64,000 nt of DNA from the NCBI GenBank assembly GCA_017621525.1, contig JAGASX010000017.1, positions 1,138 to 65,137 on the forward strand, written 5' to 3'. The notes beneath the pieces were generated by a model. That model did not search any database. It was given only the letters and a program-made list of their open reading frames with translations, and was not told the DNA's origin. The position numbers were made by a program, and so were the translations under genes. This document shows positions 54,482-63,734 of the stretch, one piece after another (the stretch's first letter is position 1; each line of letters opens with the position of its first letter). The stretch is from Clostridia bacterium (lineage in GTDB: Bacteria; Bacillota; Clostridia; Christensenellales; UBA1242).

Positions 54482-56977
54482 ATGGATAAATTGCTTTTAA
54501 TTGACGGAAACAGCATTGCAAACAGAGCATTTTACGCTCTCCCTTTTTTATCTAATCAAAAAGGTCAACCATCGGGTGCGGTATTTGGTTTTGCAAATAT
54601 TATAATCAAACTTTTGCAAGAAGAAAAACCAACTCATGTTGTTGTTGCCTTCGACCATGCAAGAAAAACATTTCGCAACCAAATGTACAGCGAATATAAA
54701 ATGCAAAGAAAGCCAACGCCAGAGGAACTTATTGTGCAATTTCCTGTTATCAAAGAAATGTTGCAGACAATGGGAATTTTTTGCGTAGAACAAGAGGGAA
54801 TCGAGGCTGATGATATTATTGGTACAATCAGTAAAAATTTCAATGGTGAAAAGTATATTCTTTCTGGGGACCGCGACCTGTTTCAACTAATTGACGATAC
54901 AACAACCGTTCTTTTCACCAAAAAGGGGGTAAGCGACCTTGACAGAGTGAATGAAAGCAGATTGAATGAAATTTTTGGCATAAAACCAAATCAAATCCCA
55001 GACCTTAAAGGGCTTATGGGTGATGCGTCCGACAATATTCCGGGTGTTAAGGGGGTAGGTGAAAAAACAGCAATATCTTTGCTTGAAAACTATCAAAACA
55101 TTGAAAATCTATATAAAAACATGGAGAATATTGGCGGGAAACTGAAAGAAAAATTGCAGAATGACAAGGATAGCGCCTTTCTTTCAAAACAACTTGCAAC
55201 AATTGCAAGAGATTGCGATGTGAAATGTGAAGATAATAATCTTAAATTTGCTATGCCATTCAATGAAAATGTTTATCAATTTTTTAAGGAATGGAATTTT
55301 TCCTCACTTCTTAAAAATACAAACCTTTTTGCATCAATAACAGATGTCAAAAAAGTTAAAAAGATTGAAGAAAAATTAACAAGAGAAATTCTTTCGCAAA
55401 TGGCACAAAATATTGATAATGTTTTTTGCTATGACCTTTTGAATTGTAAGTTTTTATATAAAAATGTAATTTATTACCTTGAAACAAACTATTCTCTTTT
55501 TGATAATGGGCTTTCTTTTGATGAAGTTGTTTTTGCACTTAAAAACGTCTTTGAAAATCCAGAAATTTTAAAAATTTCTTGCAATGTAAAAAATGATATG
55601 CATTTGCTTAAAAATCAAGGTATAAAACTTTGCAACTTTTTTGATTTATCGCTTGCAAACTACCTTGTAAAAGCAGGTATAAAAAGTGGTGAAGAAGAAA
55701 TTTCTTTATATGATTATCAAAATCAAATGAAGGAATTAACCGCCGAAATTGAAAAGAATGAATTGGGCTTTGTTTATGAAAACATTGAAAAGCCACTTAC
55801 CACACTTTTGTTTGAAATGGAAGATGCTGGCTTTAAAATCAATGAGGCAAAACTTGATGAAATTGCTTGCGAATTTAAAGAAAAATTGCAACAACTTACT
55901 AAGCAAATTTACTTTGAGGCAGGTGAAGAATTTAACATAAATTCACCAAAACAAGTTGCATATATTTTGTTTGAAAAGTTGGGCATAACTGCATACAACA
56001 ATAAAAAACAGTCTACTGCGGCAACCGTGCTTGAAGAACTTGCACATATTCCAATAGTTGAAAATATCTTATTGTACCGCAAATATTCAAAACTTGTAAA
56101 CACATATATAGACGTATATAAAAACCTTTGTCAAAACAAGGGGGATATTATTCACACAACATTCAATCAAACACTTACAAGCACAGGCAGACTTTCCAGC
56201 AGTGAGCCAAACCTTCAAAACATTCCAACCAGAAAGGACGAAGGCAGAACATTGCGTAAAATCTTCATATCCAAATTTGAGGGTGGGAAAATCCTTTCTG
56301 CCGACTATAATCAAATAGAACTTCGCTTGCTTGCCGAAATGTCGGGAGAAGAGAAATTGATAGAGGCATACAACAACGGCGAGGATATTCACAGCCTTAC
56401 TGCATCGCAAATTTTTGGAGTACCATTGAAAGAGGTTACGCCAGAGCAAAGACGAGATGCCAAAGCGGTAAATTTTGGTATAATTTATGGTATAAGCGAT
56501 TATGGCTTATCCCAGAATATTAAAAGCACAAGAAATATGGCGAAAGAGTATATTCAATCATATTTCAATCGTTACCCAGCGGTTAAAAAATTTATGGATA
56601 AAAACATTGCAGATGCAACAGAAAAGGGCTATGCAATCACAAAATTTGGCAGAAAAAGGGTAATACCAGAACTTGCCTCATCAAAGTATATTACAAGAAC
56701 GTTTGGCGAACGTGTTGCTATGAATATGCCACTTCAAGGCACGGCGTCAGACATTATAAAACTTGCAATGATTGAAGTTGCCAAAGCTCTTAAAGAGGGG
56801 AATTTTAAAAGCCAACTTATTTTGCAAATTCACGATGAACTTATAATTGATGTGTATCCTGGCGAAGAAAAAGAGGTAAAAAGCCTCCTTAAAGCCCAAA
56901 TGGAGGGCGTGGTAAGCGGAAGAGTACCACTGATTGTGTCAATTGGCGAAGGCGAAAGTCTTTATGATTGTAAATAA
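54482..56977 (+). CDS. polA: DNA polymerase I
   Basis: 5' nuclease domain (LLIDGNSIANRAFYA, GDRDLFQL, GVKGVGEKTA) and polymerase motifs A (ILSADYNQIELRLLA), B (RRDAKAVNFGIIYG) and C (LQIHDELI). Confidence 0.97.
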   Translation: MDKLLLIDGNSIANRAFYALPFLSNQKGQPSGAVFGFANIIIKLLQEEKPTHVVVAFDHARKTFRNQMYSEYKMQRKPTPEELIVQFPVIKEMLQTMGIFCVEQEGIEADDIIGTISKNFNGEKYILSGDRDLFQLIDDTTTVLFTKKGVSDLDRVNESRLNEIFGIKPNQIPDLKGLMGDASDNIPGVKGVGEKTAISLLENYQNIENLYKNMENIGGKLKEKLQNDKDSAFLSKQLATIARDCDVKCEDNNLKFAMPFNENVYQFFKEWNFSSLLKNTNLFASITDVKKVKKIEEKLTREILSQMAQNIDNVFCYDLLNCKFLYKNVIYYLETNYSLFDNGLSFDEVVFALKNVFENPEILKISCNVKNDMHLLKNQGIKLCNFFDLSLANYLVKAGIKSGEEEISLYDYQNQMKELTAEIEKNELGFVYENIEKPLTTLLFEMEDAGFKINEAKLDEIACEFKEKLQQLTKQIYFEAGEEFNINSPKQVAYILFEKLGITAYNNKKQSTAATVLEELAHIPIVENILLYRKYSKLVNTYIDVYKNLCQNKGDIIHTTFNQTLTSTGRLSSSEPNLQNIPTRKDEGRTLRKIFISKFEGGKILSADYNQIELRLLAEMSGEEKLIEAYNNGEDIHSLTASQIFGVPLKEVTPEQRRDAKAVNFGIIYGISDYGLSQNIKSTRNMAKEYIQSYFNRYPAVKKFMDKNIADATEKGYAITKFGRKRVIPELASSKYITRTFGERVAMNMPLQGTASDIIKLAMIEVAKALKEGNFKSQLILQIHDELIIDVYPGEEKEVKSLLKAQMEGVVSGRVPLIVSIGEGESLYDCK

Positions 56978-57041
56978 ATGTTGAAAATTGTTTGACTTAT
57001 CGGCACAATATGGGTTATAATCACTATGGAGTTGTAATGTA

Positions 57042-57449
57042 ATGCACAGAAAGATGGGGATTGACTATGGTGATAAGCGAATTGGCATCGCATTAACAGA
57101 TGCCCTTTGCATCATATCCAGCCCTTTTGAAGTCTATAAAAATGAGGGAAGAGAAAAAGCATTGCAACACCTTGACAAAATCATAAAAGAATATGATGTT
57201 GACGAGGTGGCAATGGGGCTTCCTATCAATATGGACGGCACAGAGGGGGAACGGGCACTTCTTCATCGAGAATTTGGTGATGCTCTTGCCAAATTTTCAG
57301 GCGTGAAAGTATTTTATGTAGATGAGCGCTTAACCTCGGCAGAGGCAGAGGAAATTTTAATTTCCAGCGGTGTACGAAGGGAAAAGCGAAAGGAACTTAT
57401 CGATAAAATTTCAGCCCAAATCATATTGCAGACTTACATCAACAAATAA
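57042..57449 (+). CDS. ruvX: Holliday junction resolvase-like nuclease RuvX (YqgF)
   Basis: GIDYGDKRIGIAL, GLPINMDGTEG, DERLTSAEAE. Confidence 0.92.
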   Translation: MHRKMGIDYGDKRIGIALTDALCIISSPFEVYKNEGREKALQHLDKIIKEYDVDEVAMGLPINMDGTEGERALLHREFGDALAKFSGVKVFYVDERLTSAEAEEILISSGVRREKRKELIDKISAQIILQTYINK

Positions 57450-57463
57450 AAAGGGGAATTAAA

Positions 57464-57874
57464 ATGGAAAATAACGAAGAAATCAAGCCTATTGACCTTC
57501 TTGATGTTTTGCTTGACCAAGACAATAAAGAACCAATAGTTTTAATGGATGAAACAGGAAAACAAATGGCTTTCGAGCAAGTTGCAGTTATTCCTTACGA
57601 AGTAAGAAAGGAAAAAAGACTTTATTGCGTGCTTAAACCACTTGATAAAATTGAAGGTATTGCAGATGACGAGGCAATCGTTTTTCTTGTAGATACTGAT
57701 GATGAAGGCAATTCAGTAATCAAAATTGAAGAAGATGAAGAAGTTGCCATTGCAGTATTTGATAAATACTATGACCTTCTTGAAGAGGCTCAAAAAGCCG
57801 AAAAAGAAAAGGCTCCTGCAAAGAAATCTGCGCCAAAGAAAAGCACAGGCAAAACAGCAGGTTCTAAGAAATAG
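57464..57874 (+). CDS. DUF1292 domain protein with a basic K/A/S tail
   Basis: IVLMDETGKQMAFEQVAVIPY...YCVLKP...EAIVF matches DUF1292. The ruvX-DUF1292 pairing is conserved in Firmicutes. Confidence 0.85.
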   Translation: MENNEEIKPIDLLDVLLDQDNKEPIVLMDETGKQMAFEQVAVIPYEVRKEKRLYCVLKPLDKIEGIADDEAIVFLVDTDDEGNSVIKIEEDEEVAIAVFDKYYDLLEEAQKAEKEKAPAKKSAPKKSTGKTAGSKK

Positions 57875-57884
57875 AAAAATAAAA

Positions 57885-57912
57885 ATAGATTGCAAGCCAA
57901 TCTATTTTTTTT
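57885..57912 (+). terminator. rho-independent terminator
   Basis: ATAGATTG-caagc-CAATCTAT followed by T7. Confidence 0.85.
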
Positions 57913-57992
57913 GTGTTGTATAATTTTTCTTTATTTTGTCATCCTATTATTACAAGGCATAAGTTGCCTTGAAAAAATAGGAGGTGAAAACT

Positions 57993-58130
57993 ATGTTTGG
58001 CAAAAAGTCTAAATCTGCAAAAGAGTCTAAGTCTGCCAAAATGACTAAATCTGCAAAGAATGTGGAAGCGTCAAAAGAAGCAAAAGGCTGCGACAGTAAA
58101 TCAAACTCATCTGCAAAGAACTGCAAATAG
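57993..58130 (+). CDS. unlisted small basic Lys/Ser-rich repeat protein (45 aa)
   Basis: MFGKKSKSAKESKSAKMTKSAKNVEASKEAKGCDSKSNSSAKNCK. Strong SD AGGAGGTG lies 6 nt upstream. A 5' UTR hairpin is at 57953..57971 and a terminator at 58141..58169. Confidence 0.6.
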   Translation: MFGKKSKSAKESKSAKMTKSAKNVEASKEAKGCDSKSNSSAKNCK

Positions 58131-58140
58131 TTTTCTACCA

Positions 58141-58169
58141 AAAAAGTCCATTTAAAATGGACTTTTTTT
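58141..58169. terminator. bidirectional terminator
   Basis: AGTCCAT-ttaaa-ATGGACT with an A-run and a T-run. Serves the small ORF (+) and the lipoprotein gene (-). Confidence 0.85.
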
Positions 58170-58908
58170 ATTCTTCCTCAGGCTGTGCTGTTTTGTACAT
58201 ATCTTTTGAAAGTTTTTGGAATGAAAGTGTAACACTGCTTGTTTCGTCAAATTGTGTAGAAATTTCACAAGTGCTTGTTTGGTTAAATGTTGAATCTACC
58301 AGTTTATCATTAAAACGGATTGTTTCGCTTTTTACTCCTTCGGCAGAAGTAAGCTCCAACAAAAGTTCAAACTTATATTCCCTATTACTGCCCAAAGCAC
58401 CAAAATATATAATAGAAGTAAGGTCGCCGACAAAAGTTTCTCCTGTAACAATCGTCCCGGTTGTAAACAGATTATAGTTACTGCTTCCGCTTACATTTAC
58501 CGAATAATTAACAGTAAATGTTGCACCTGTGTAAATGGTAGAATTAAGTTTCACGCCTGTTAATGTTGCAAATCTCATACTATTTGCACTTTCATCAAAC
58601 AAAGCGGTGTAGTGCCCAGCATTTTCCTCATTTACAACAAGTTCTAAATCGGTTTCAGCGCTTACAAACTTGCTATAATCTTTAATCCAACCAATAAAAG
58701 GGTGCTCTTGGGCGGAAGTTTCAATTGCACCAAGTGTGATTTGTGTGCCTTCATTTAAACTTTCGTTAGGCGAACCGTTTACTCTGCCCCATGCAGGCTC
58801 ACTTGAAGATGCTGTTATAAGAAATGTAGGTGGTGGCACGCAGGCGGTAAGCACCAACAATGGACAAAGCAATAAAATAAGCAATAAACTTTTAATTGAT
58901 TTTTTCAT
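58168..58908 (-). CDS. lipoprotein with an InlB B-repeat-like (bacterial repeat) domain
   Basis: Lipobox LVLTAC. WGRVNGSPNESLNEGTQITLGAIETSAQEHPFIGWIKD fits the divergent InlB B-repeat pattern. Confidence 0.7.
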   Translation of the reverse strand: MKKSIKSLLLILLLCPLLVLTACVPPPTFLITASSSEPAWGRVNGSPNESLNEGTQITLGAIETSAQEHPFIGWIKDYSKFVSAETDLELVVNEENAGHYTALFDESANSMRFATLTGVKLNSTIYTGATFTVNYSVNVSGSSNYNLFTTGTIVTGETFVGDLTSIIYFGALGSNREYKFELLLELTSAEGVKSETIRFNDKLVDSTFNQTSTCEISTQFDETSSVTLSFQKLSKDMYKTAQPEEE

Positions 58909-59035
58909 TTTAAAATCCTCTCTTCTTCATTATCCTTATTTTTATCTTATTTGTCAAATTATTTTCTTTTTATTTTTAAATTCTTATGTGTATTTTTTGC
59001 AACCTTGCATAGAATACTCTTTGTAAGGAGGCACT

Positions 59036-59794
59036 ATGTGGGAGTTCTCACTAAACTTAAACAGCGAGAATTATGAAATTGCAAAGTATTTTTATAATTC
59101 ACTATCAAACTATATAACAGGGCTTGGCGGAGTGCTGACCTCTCATGAAAGTAAGGGATATATCAGCATTTTGTTTGCTGTTGAAGATGATAAGGCAGAA
59201 AGTTTACAATCACTTATTGCAAACGCGGTGGTGGAAGTTATCTGTGATAGATTCAAAGCGGAATACTTAAATAAATGTTTGTTTCTGCCAGAACACGACA
59301 GAATAGGAATGTCTGCATTTAAAAAAGCACTTTTAAATTTTGACAGAGAAACCGATAGATTTATTATTAAGAAAAGTTTGGTTCTTGAAAATGATTTATA
59401 TTTAGAGTCCTTTTTTAGATTTAGGCTTAAACCCTTGCAAGAAAAGTGGGAGGAACTTGTAACTCTTTCAAATGAAAATCGTGAATATTTGGTGTCAAAA
59501 GAAAGTTTTATAGACTTGCTTAAATTTTTAGTTGATAATTTGGATATTTGCGCTGATGAAATAAGCGTTGTCAAAGAAGACGGGGGATACCGCATATTTA
59601 ATGACCAAAAATGCGGAGAACTTATCAGTGAAGAAAGCATGGTGTCATCGGTTATTGACCTTTCGCCACAAAAAATAAATTTGTATTTCAATGAGTCAAG
59701 CAGTGCGACCTTGCTTTTAGAGAAAATTTTTGAAGAGCGTATATCTATCAATCCGGTGAATAATCAAAATATTAAAAAATTTACATTAAATTGA
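59036..59794 (+). CDS. ytxC: YtxC-like sporulation protein
   Basis: The position immediately upstream of thrS mirrors B. subtilis ytxC-thrS. Size and the FRFRLKPLQEKWEELV-type segment are consistent with the YtxC-like family. Confidence 0.6.
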   Translation: MWEFSLNLNSENYEIAKYFYNSLSNYITGLGGVLTSHESKGYISILFAVEDDKAESLQSLIANAVVEVICDRFKAEYLNKCLFLPEHDRIGMSAFKKALLNFDRETDRFIIKKSLVLENDLYLESFFRFRLKPLQEKWEELVTLSNENREYLVSKESFIDLLKFLVDNLDICADEISVVKEDGGYRIFNDQKCGELISEESMVSSVIDLSPQKINLYFNESSSATLLLEKIFEERISINPVNNQNIKKFTLN

Positions 59795-59802
59795 TAAAAT
59801 GC

Positions 59803-59832
59803 TTGACAATCTTTTTCCCCTTGTGATAAAAT
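59803..59832 (+). promoter_or_regulatory. sigma-A promoter for the thrS leader
   Basis: TTGACA (59803..59808), 18-nt spacer, TAAAAT (59827..59832) preceded by TGTG. Confidence 0.65.
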
Positions 59833-59838
59833 CTTTGC

Positions 59839-60026
59839 ATAAACTTGGAGTGATAGACAAGTAGGGTTATTTGATGCGTTCAGAGAAAAGTTGGTTGGTG
59901 AAAAACTTTGGCTAAAATAAACCTGAAACCACTATTGCGGTGATAAGTATAAATTAAGTGGCATCTTGCAATTAAGGTGGAACCGCGGTTTGTATCAAAT
60001 CGTCCTTAAATTTAAGGGCGTTTTTT
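59839..60026 (+). promoter_or_regulatory. T-box riboswitch leader (Thr, specifier ACC)
   Basis: AGAGA box (59882..59886), specifier loop GAA-ACC-A (ACC at 59928..59930), T-box sequence AATTAAGGTGGAACCGCGG (59971..59989), terminator CGTCCTTAAA-TTTAAGGGCG followed by T6 (60001..60026). Confidence 0.88.
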
Positions 60027-60050
60027 ATTGCCCTGTAAAAGGAGAAGAAA

Positions 60051-61820
60051 ATGGAAATTAAAGAAGAAAAAGATTTAGAACTTGAAAAATCACGCCATTC
60101 AATGGCTCATATCCTCGCCAAGGCAGTTGTAAGCCTTTATCCAGAGGCTAAACTTACAATTGGTCCTGCAATTGAGGACGGCTTTTATTATGATATAGAA
60201 CTTGATAAGCCTCTTTCGCCAGAAGACCAAGGCGCAATTGAAAAGAAAATGAAAGAAATTTTAAATAAGGGTGAAGATTTTACACGCAAAGTGGTTTCAA
60301 AAGAAGAGGCGTTAAAACTTTTTGCCGACAACCCTTATAAAGTGGAAATTATAAATGAATTGCCAGACGGCGAAGACGTTTCTGTTTACTACACAGGAGA
60401 TGACTTTTTTGACCTTTGTCGCGGACCTCATGTTGAAAGTGCAAGAAAACTTCAAAACATGGGCTTTAAAATTCACAGTATAAATGGCGCTTATTGGAGA
60501 GGCAACGAAAAAAATAAGATGCTTCAAAGAATATACTGCTATTGCTTTAAAACTAAAAAAGACCTGAGCGACTATGTTGTTATGATAGAAGAGGCAAGAA
60601 AACGCGACCACAATAAGTTGGGCAGAGAACTTGAACTTTTTACAACAGTTGATTATATCGGTCAAGGACTTCCAATTTTTTTACCAAGAGGGGCAAAGGT
60701 TATTCAACTTTTGCAACGCTTTGTAGAAGACGAAGAGGCAAAACGTGGCTGGCTTCTCACCAAAACTCCATTTATGGCAAAAAGCGACCTTTATAAAATC
60801 TCTGGACACTGGGACCACTATAAAGACGGAATGTTTGTGCTTGGTGATGAAGAAAAATCAAAAGAGGTTTTTGCACTTCGTCCTATGACCTGCCCATTCC
60901 AATACCAAGCATATCTTAATAAAGCGCGTTCTTATAAAGACCTGCCTTTAAGATATAACGAAACTTCAACGCTTTTTAGAAATGAGGCGAGCGGTGAGAT
61001 GCATGGTCTTATTCGCGTAAGACAGTTTACTATTTCAGAGGGACACCTTATGTGTACACCTGAACAATTGGAAGAAGAGTTTAAAAATTGCCTTGAACTT
61101 GCAATTTATATGCTTAAAACTTTAGGACTTTATGAAGATGCTTCATATCGTTTCTCAAAATGGGATGAAAACAATCGCGAGAAGTATATTGGCACAAAAG
61201 AGCAGTGGGACGAGGCTCAATCAACCATGGAAAAAATCTTGAATGACCTTGAAGTGCCATACTTTGTGGGCATTGGAGAGGCTGCATTCTACGGGCCAAA
61301 ACTTGATATTCAAATTAAAAATGTTTTTGGCAAAGAAGATACGCTTATTACAATTCAAATAGACCAAATGCTTGCTCAAAAATTTGGCATGGAATACACG
61401 GATAAAGATGGTTCAAAGAAAAATCCATATATCATTCACAGAACAAGTATTGGTTGCTATGAACGTACTCTTGCATACCTTATTGAAAAGTATGCAGGTG
61501 CTTTCCCATTATGGCTTGCACCAGAGCAAGTAAAAGTTCTTTCTCTTACTGAAAGAAACTGTGATTATGCAGAAAAAATTAAAAATCAACTTTTTGAACT
61601 TGGTTTTAGGGTTGAATGTGATAACAGAAATGAAAAAATTGGCTATAAAATTCGCGAGGCATTAAACATGAAAGTGCCTTACCTTATCATTGTTGGTGAT
61701 GAAGAAGAGACAAACGGTACAATTTCAATTCGTGGTAGAGGCTTTGAAAATAAAACAGGCCTGCAATTGTCAGATTTTATCGAAAGACTTCAAAATGAGG
61801 TAAAAACAAAGAAAATTTAG
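60051..61820 (+). CDS. thrS: threonine--tRNA ligase (short form lacking the N-terminal TGS domain)
   Basis: Begins at the editing-domain HSMAHILAKAV motif. Class II motifs (FRNEASGEMHGLIRVRQFT, GEAAFYGPKLD) and an anticodon-binding C-terminus. Confidence 0.95.
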   Translation: MEIKEEKDLELEKSRHSMAHILAKAVVSLYPEAKLTIGPAIEDGFYYDIELDKPLSPEDQGAIEKKMKEILNKGEDFTRKVVSKEEALKLFADNPYKVEIINELPDGEDVSVYYTGDDFFDLCRGPHVESARKLQNMGFKIHSINGAYWRGNEKNKMLQRIYCYCFKTKKDLSDYVVMIEEARKRDHNKLGRELELFTTVDYIGQGLPIFLPRGAKVIQLLQRFVEDEEAKRGWLLTKTPFMAKSDLYKISGHWDHYKDGMFVLGDEEKSKEVFALRPMTCPFQYQAYLNKARSYKDLPLRYNETSTLFRNEASGEMHGLIRVRQFTISEGHLMCTPEQLEEEFKNCLELAIYMLKTLGLYEDASYRFSKWDENNREKYIGTKEQWDEAQSTMEKILNDLEVPYFVGIGEAAFYGPKLDIQIKNVFGKEDTLITIQIDQMLAQKFGMEYTDKDGSKKNPYIIHRTSIGCYERTLAYLIEKYAGAFPLWLAPEQVKVLSLTERNCDYAEKIKNQLFELGFRVECDNRNEKIGYKIREALNMKVPYLIIVGDEEETNGTISIRGRGFENKTGLQLSDFIERLQNEVKTKKI

Positions 61821-61885
61821 TATAAATTCACTTTGTTTTGATAAGTATTTATGTTAAAATTAACCTATATTTAAAGGAGGTAATA

Positions 61886-62272
61886 ATGAACGTAACGCAA
61901 ATCATTCTTATAGTTTTTATTGTCTTGCTTATCGTGATGTATCCAATTTTGATTTTTGCAAGAAATAAAAAGGAGAATACAAGAATGCAAGAACAAACAA
62001 ATTCTCTTAAAAGAGGGGATAAGGTGCTTCTCACTTGCGGTGTTTATGGTGAAATTGTTGATATGCACGAAGAAAATGGCAAAACCATTATAACCATTGA
62101 AACAGGGAAGGGTAATCACAAGGGATACCTTGCAGTTGATGCATATGCAGTTTACACTGTAATTAAAGATGAGCCTGTTCAAGAGGAAAAAGTTGAAACT
62201 GTCAAAGAGGCAGATACAACAAAACCATCACAAGAAGATGAAAAAGCAAACAAAGAAAAGAAAGGGGAATAA
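61886..62272 (+). CDS. yajC: preprotein translocase subunit YajC
   Basis: One TM helix followed by LKRGDKVLLTCGVYGEIVDM. AAGGAGG SD. Start trimmed to the ATG at 61886. Confidence 0.85.
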   Translation: MNVTQIILIVFIVLLIVMYPILIFARNKKENTRMQEQTNSLKRGDKVLLTCGVYGEIVDMHEENGKTIITIETGKGNHKGYLAVDAYAVYTVIKDEPVQEEKVETVKEADTTKPSQEDEKANKEKKGE

Positions 62273-62288
62273 AATCCTCTTTTTTTTA
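62261..62288 (+). terminator. rho-independent terminator after yajC
   Basis: AAAGGGGA-ataaaa-TCCTCTTT (one G-U pair) followed by a T-run. Confidence 0.65.
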
Positions 62289-62297
62289 TTTTCACTA

Positions 62298-62326
62298 TTG
62301 ACTAACATAAAAAATTGAAATATAAT
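62298..62326 (+). promoter_or_regulatory. consensus sigma-A promoter placing +1 on the ATG at 62333
   Basis: TTGACT (62298..62303), exactly 17 nt, TATAAT (62321..62326). The A of the ATG is 7 nt downstream of the -10 hexamer. Confidence 0.7.
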
Positions 62327-62332
62327 TGGTGT

Positions 62333-63154
62333 ATGGCTTATGACAAAACAAAACGCTTTTTGATAGAGCAGGCAAAGAAAGAGCCTTTGTATCAAATAAA
62401 TTATCTAAAAAAGAAAAGGGAAAAGACTTTTACCGAAAGTGAAATATTTTGCCTTAATCTTTGTTACCTTACAAAAAAGTTAAGCGAAAAGCCAACATTT
62501 TTCAATCCTCAACCAATTTTAAGAGATATGGGCGTTATACGTACGCCGGACGGCTGGTATATGGTTGAAAAAAGTTTTGGCAAAGGGCGTTTTGTAAATG
62601 CAAATGCAATTTTCAAAGATGCGTTGTGCGAGGAGAACGCCTGTCATGATTGTGCTTTCTCGTTTGCGTCGTCATATCATGGCGATGTTAAACTTAAAAG
62701 TGGCGTAATCAACCCATATCATCTAAATTCGGGCATTTTACATTCAATTTGCGAATTTGAAATGGGGTTTAAACCATATGTTTTTGATGGTGCAAACTAC
62801 CTTGTCATGGATAAAGATTTATATTATACTTTGTTTGATTTTCGTGAAATCCAAACAATTGGGCAAAGGGTTTTGTGGCAAGATATAAGTTTAATATCCA
62901 AGGCAAATCCAATGGACGCTATGGTTAAAAACAATCGACCATATCTGCCGGTAAAAAATTGGCGTGCACTTGAAAAACACTTTGACGGAATGGGGTTTTT
63001 GCTATACCTTTACGACCGCGACGCCTCAATAAACAGTGAGTTATCGCCTGCAAAACAAGCAAAAAGAAATAAAAATGACATGGCGCAACTTGAAGAGAGC
63101 GTAGCCATAGTAAAAGAAGAAATTAAAAAGCAAGAAGAGGACATTTTATTTTAA
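62333..63154 (+). CDS. hypothetical protein (273 aa) with a possible Cys/His/Asp papain- or transglutaminase-like core
   Basis: I prefer the ATG at 62333 because the TTG at 62315 in the track lies inside the promoter spacer. The order ENACHDCAFSFA ... ILHSICEF ... VFDGANY resembles a C..H..D catalytic arrangement. Confidence 0.65.
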   Translation: MAYDKTKRFLIEQAKKEPLYQINYLKKKREKTFTESEIFCLNLCYLTKKLSEKPTFFNPQPILRDMGVIRTPDGWYMVEKSFGKGRFVNANAIFKDALCEENACHDCAFSFASSYHGDVKLKSGVINPYHLNSGILHSICEFEMGFKPYVFDGANYLVMDKDLYYTLFDFREIQTIGQRVLWQDISLISKANPMDAMVKNNRPYLPVKNWRALEKHFDGMGFLLYLYDRDASINSELSPAKQAKRNKNDMAQLEESVAIVKEEIKKQEEDILF

Positions 63155-63217
63155 AATGTTCTTTTTTACTCCTTGTAAACATATTTTAAAGAGAAAATAT
63201 TGTTTAGGGGGCAGGTT

Positions 63218-63637
63218 ATGAAGTTGAAAGAAAGGGTATCGGCGATGAAAGTTAAAAATAGCAATGGACTTTTGGGGGCTGTTTTAAAAGGGGTGTTATG
63301 TGCCATATGTATTTCGTTGGCATTGGTTCTTGTTTTTGCCTTTCTTTTAAAGTTTACCAACATACCTGAAAGCGTGATAAAGCCAATCAATCAGGTCATA
63401 AAAGGTATCAGTGTATTTGTAGGCGTGTTTGTTGGCATGAAAAAACTTAAAGAATTGGGCTTAGTCAGTGGTTTGTTGATTGGCCTTGCTTATACAATTA
63501 TGGCTTTCTTAATTTTTTCAATCTTGGGCGGAAGTTTTAATTTTGACTTGACATTTTTGACTGATATTGTTTTTGGCGGAGTTATTGGCTCTATTTGTGG
63601 TATAATTTGCGTCAATCTTAAAAAAAGTAACAATTAA
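63218..63637 (+). CDS. TIGR04086-type small membrane protein
   Basis: Four TM helices. The position between yajC and secD is typical of Clostridia. AGGGGG SD. Start trimmed to the ATG at 63218. Confidence 0.65.
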   Translation: MKLKERVSAMKVKNSNGLLGAVLKGVLCAICISLALVLVFAFLLKFTNIPESVIKPINQVIKGISVFVGVFVGMKKLKELGLVSGLLIGLAYTIMAFLIFSILGGSFNFDLTFLTDIVFGGVIGSICGIICVNLKKSNN

Positions 63638-63734
63638 AACATAAATTTGATTGACAAAAGTTCTTTTAATTCTTTATAATAGTGAAGTAAGTTTAAAAAT
63701 GCCAATTTTGGGCAAAGAATTAAAAGGATTCTAA

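Noticed and set aside
59143-59751. 202-aa minus-strand ORF inside the ytxC-like gene, plus similar shadow ORFs at 928..1311 and 42106..42486
   Set aside because: These are Ser/Leu-rich shadow frames of Lys/Glu-rich genes with no start context. The sense-strand genes have family-level or synteny support.
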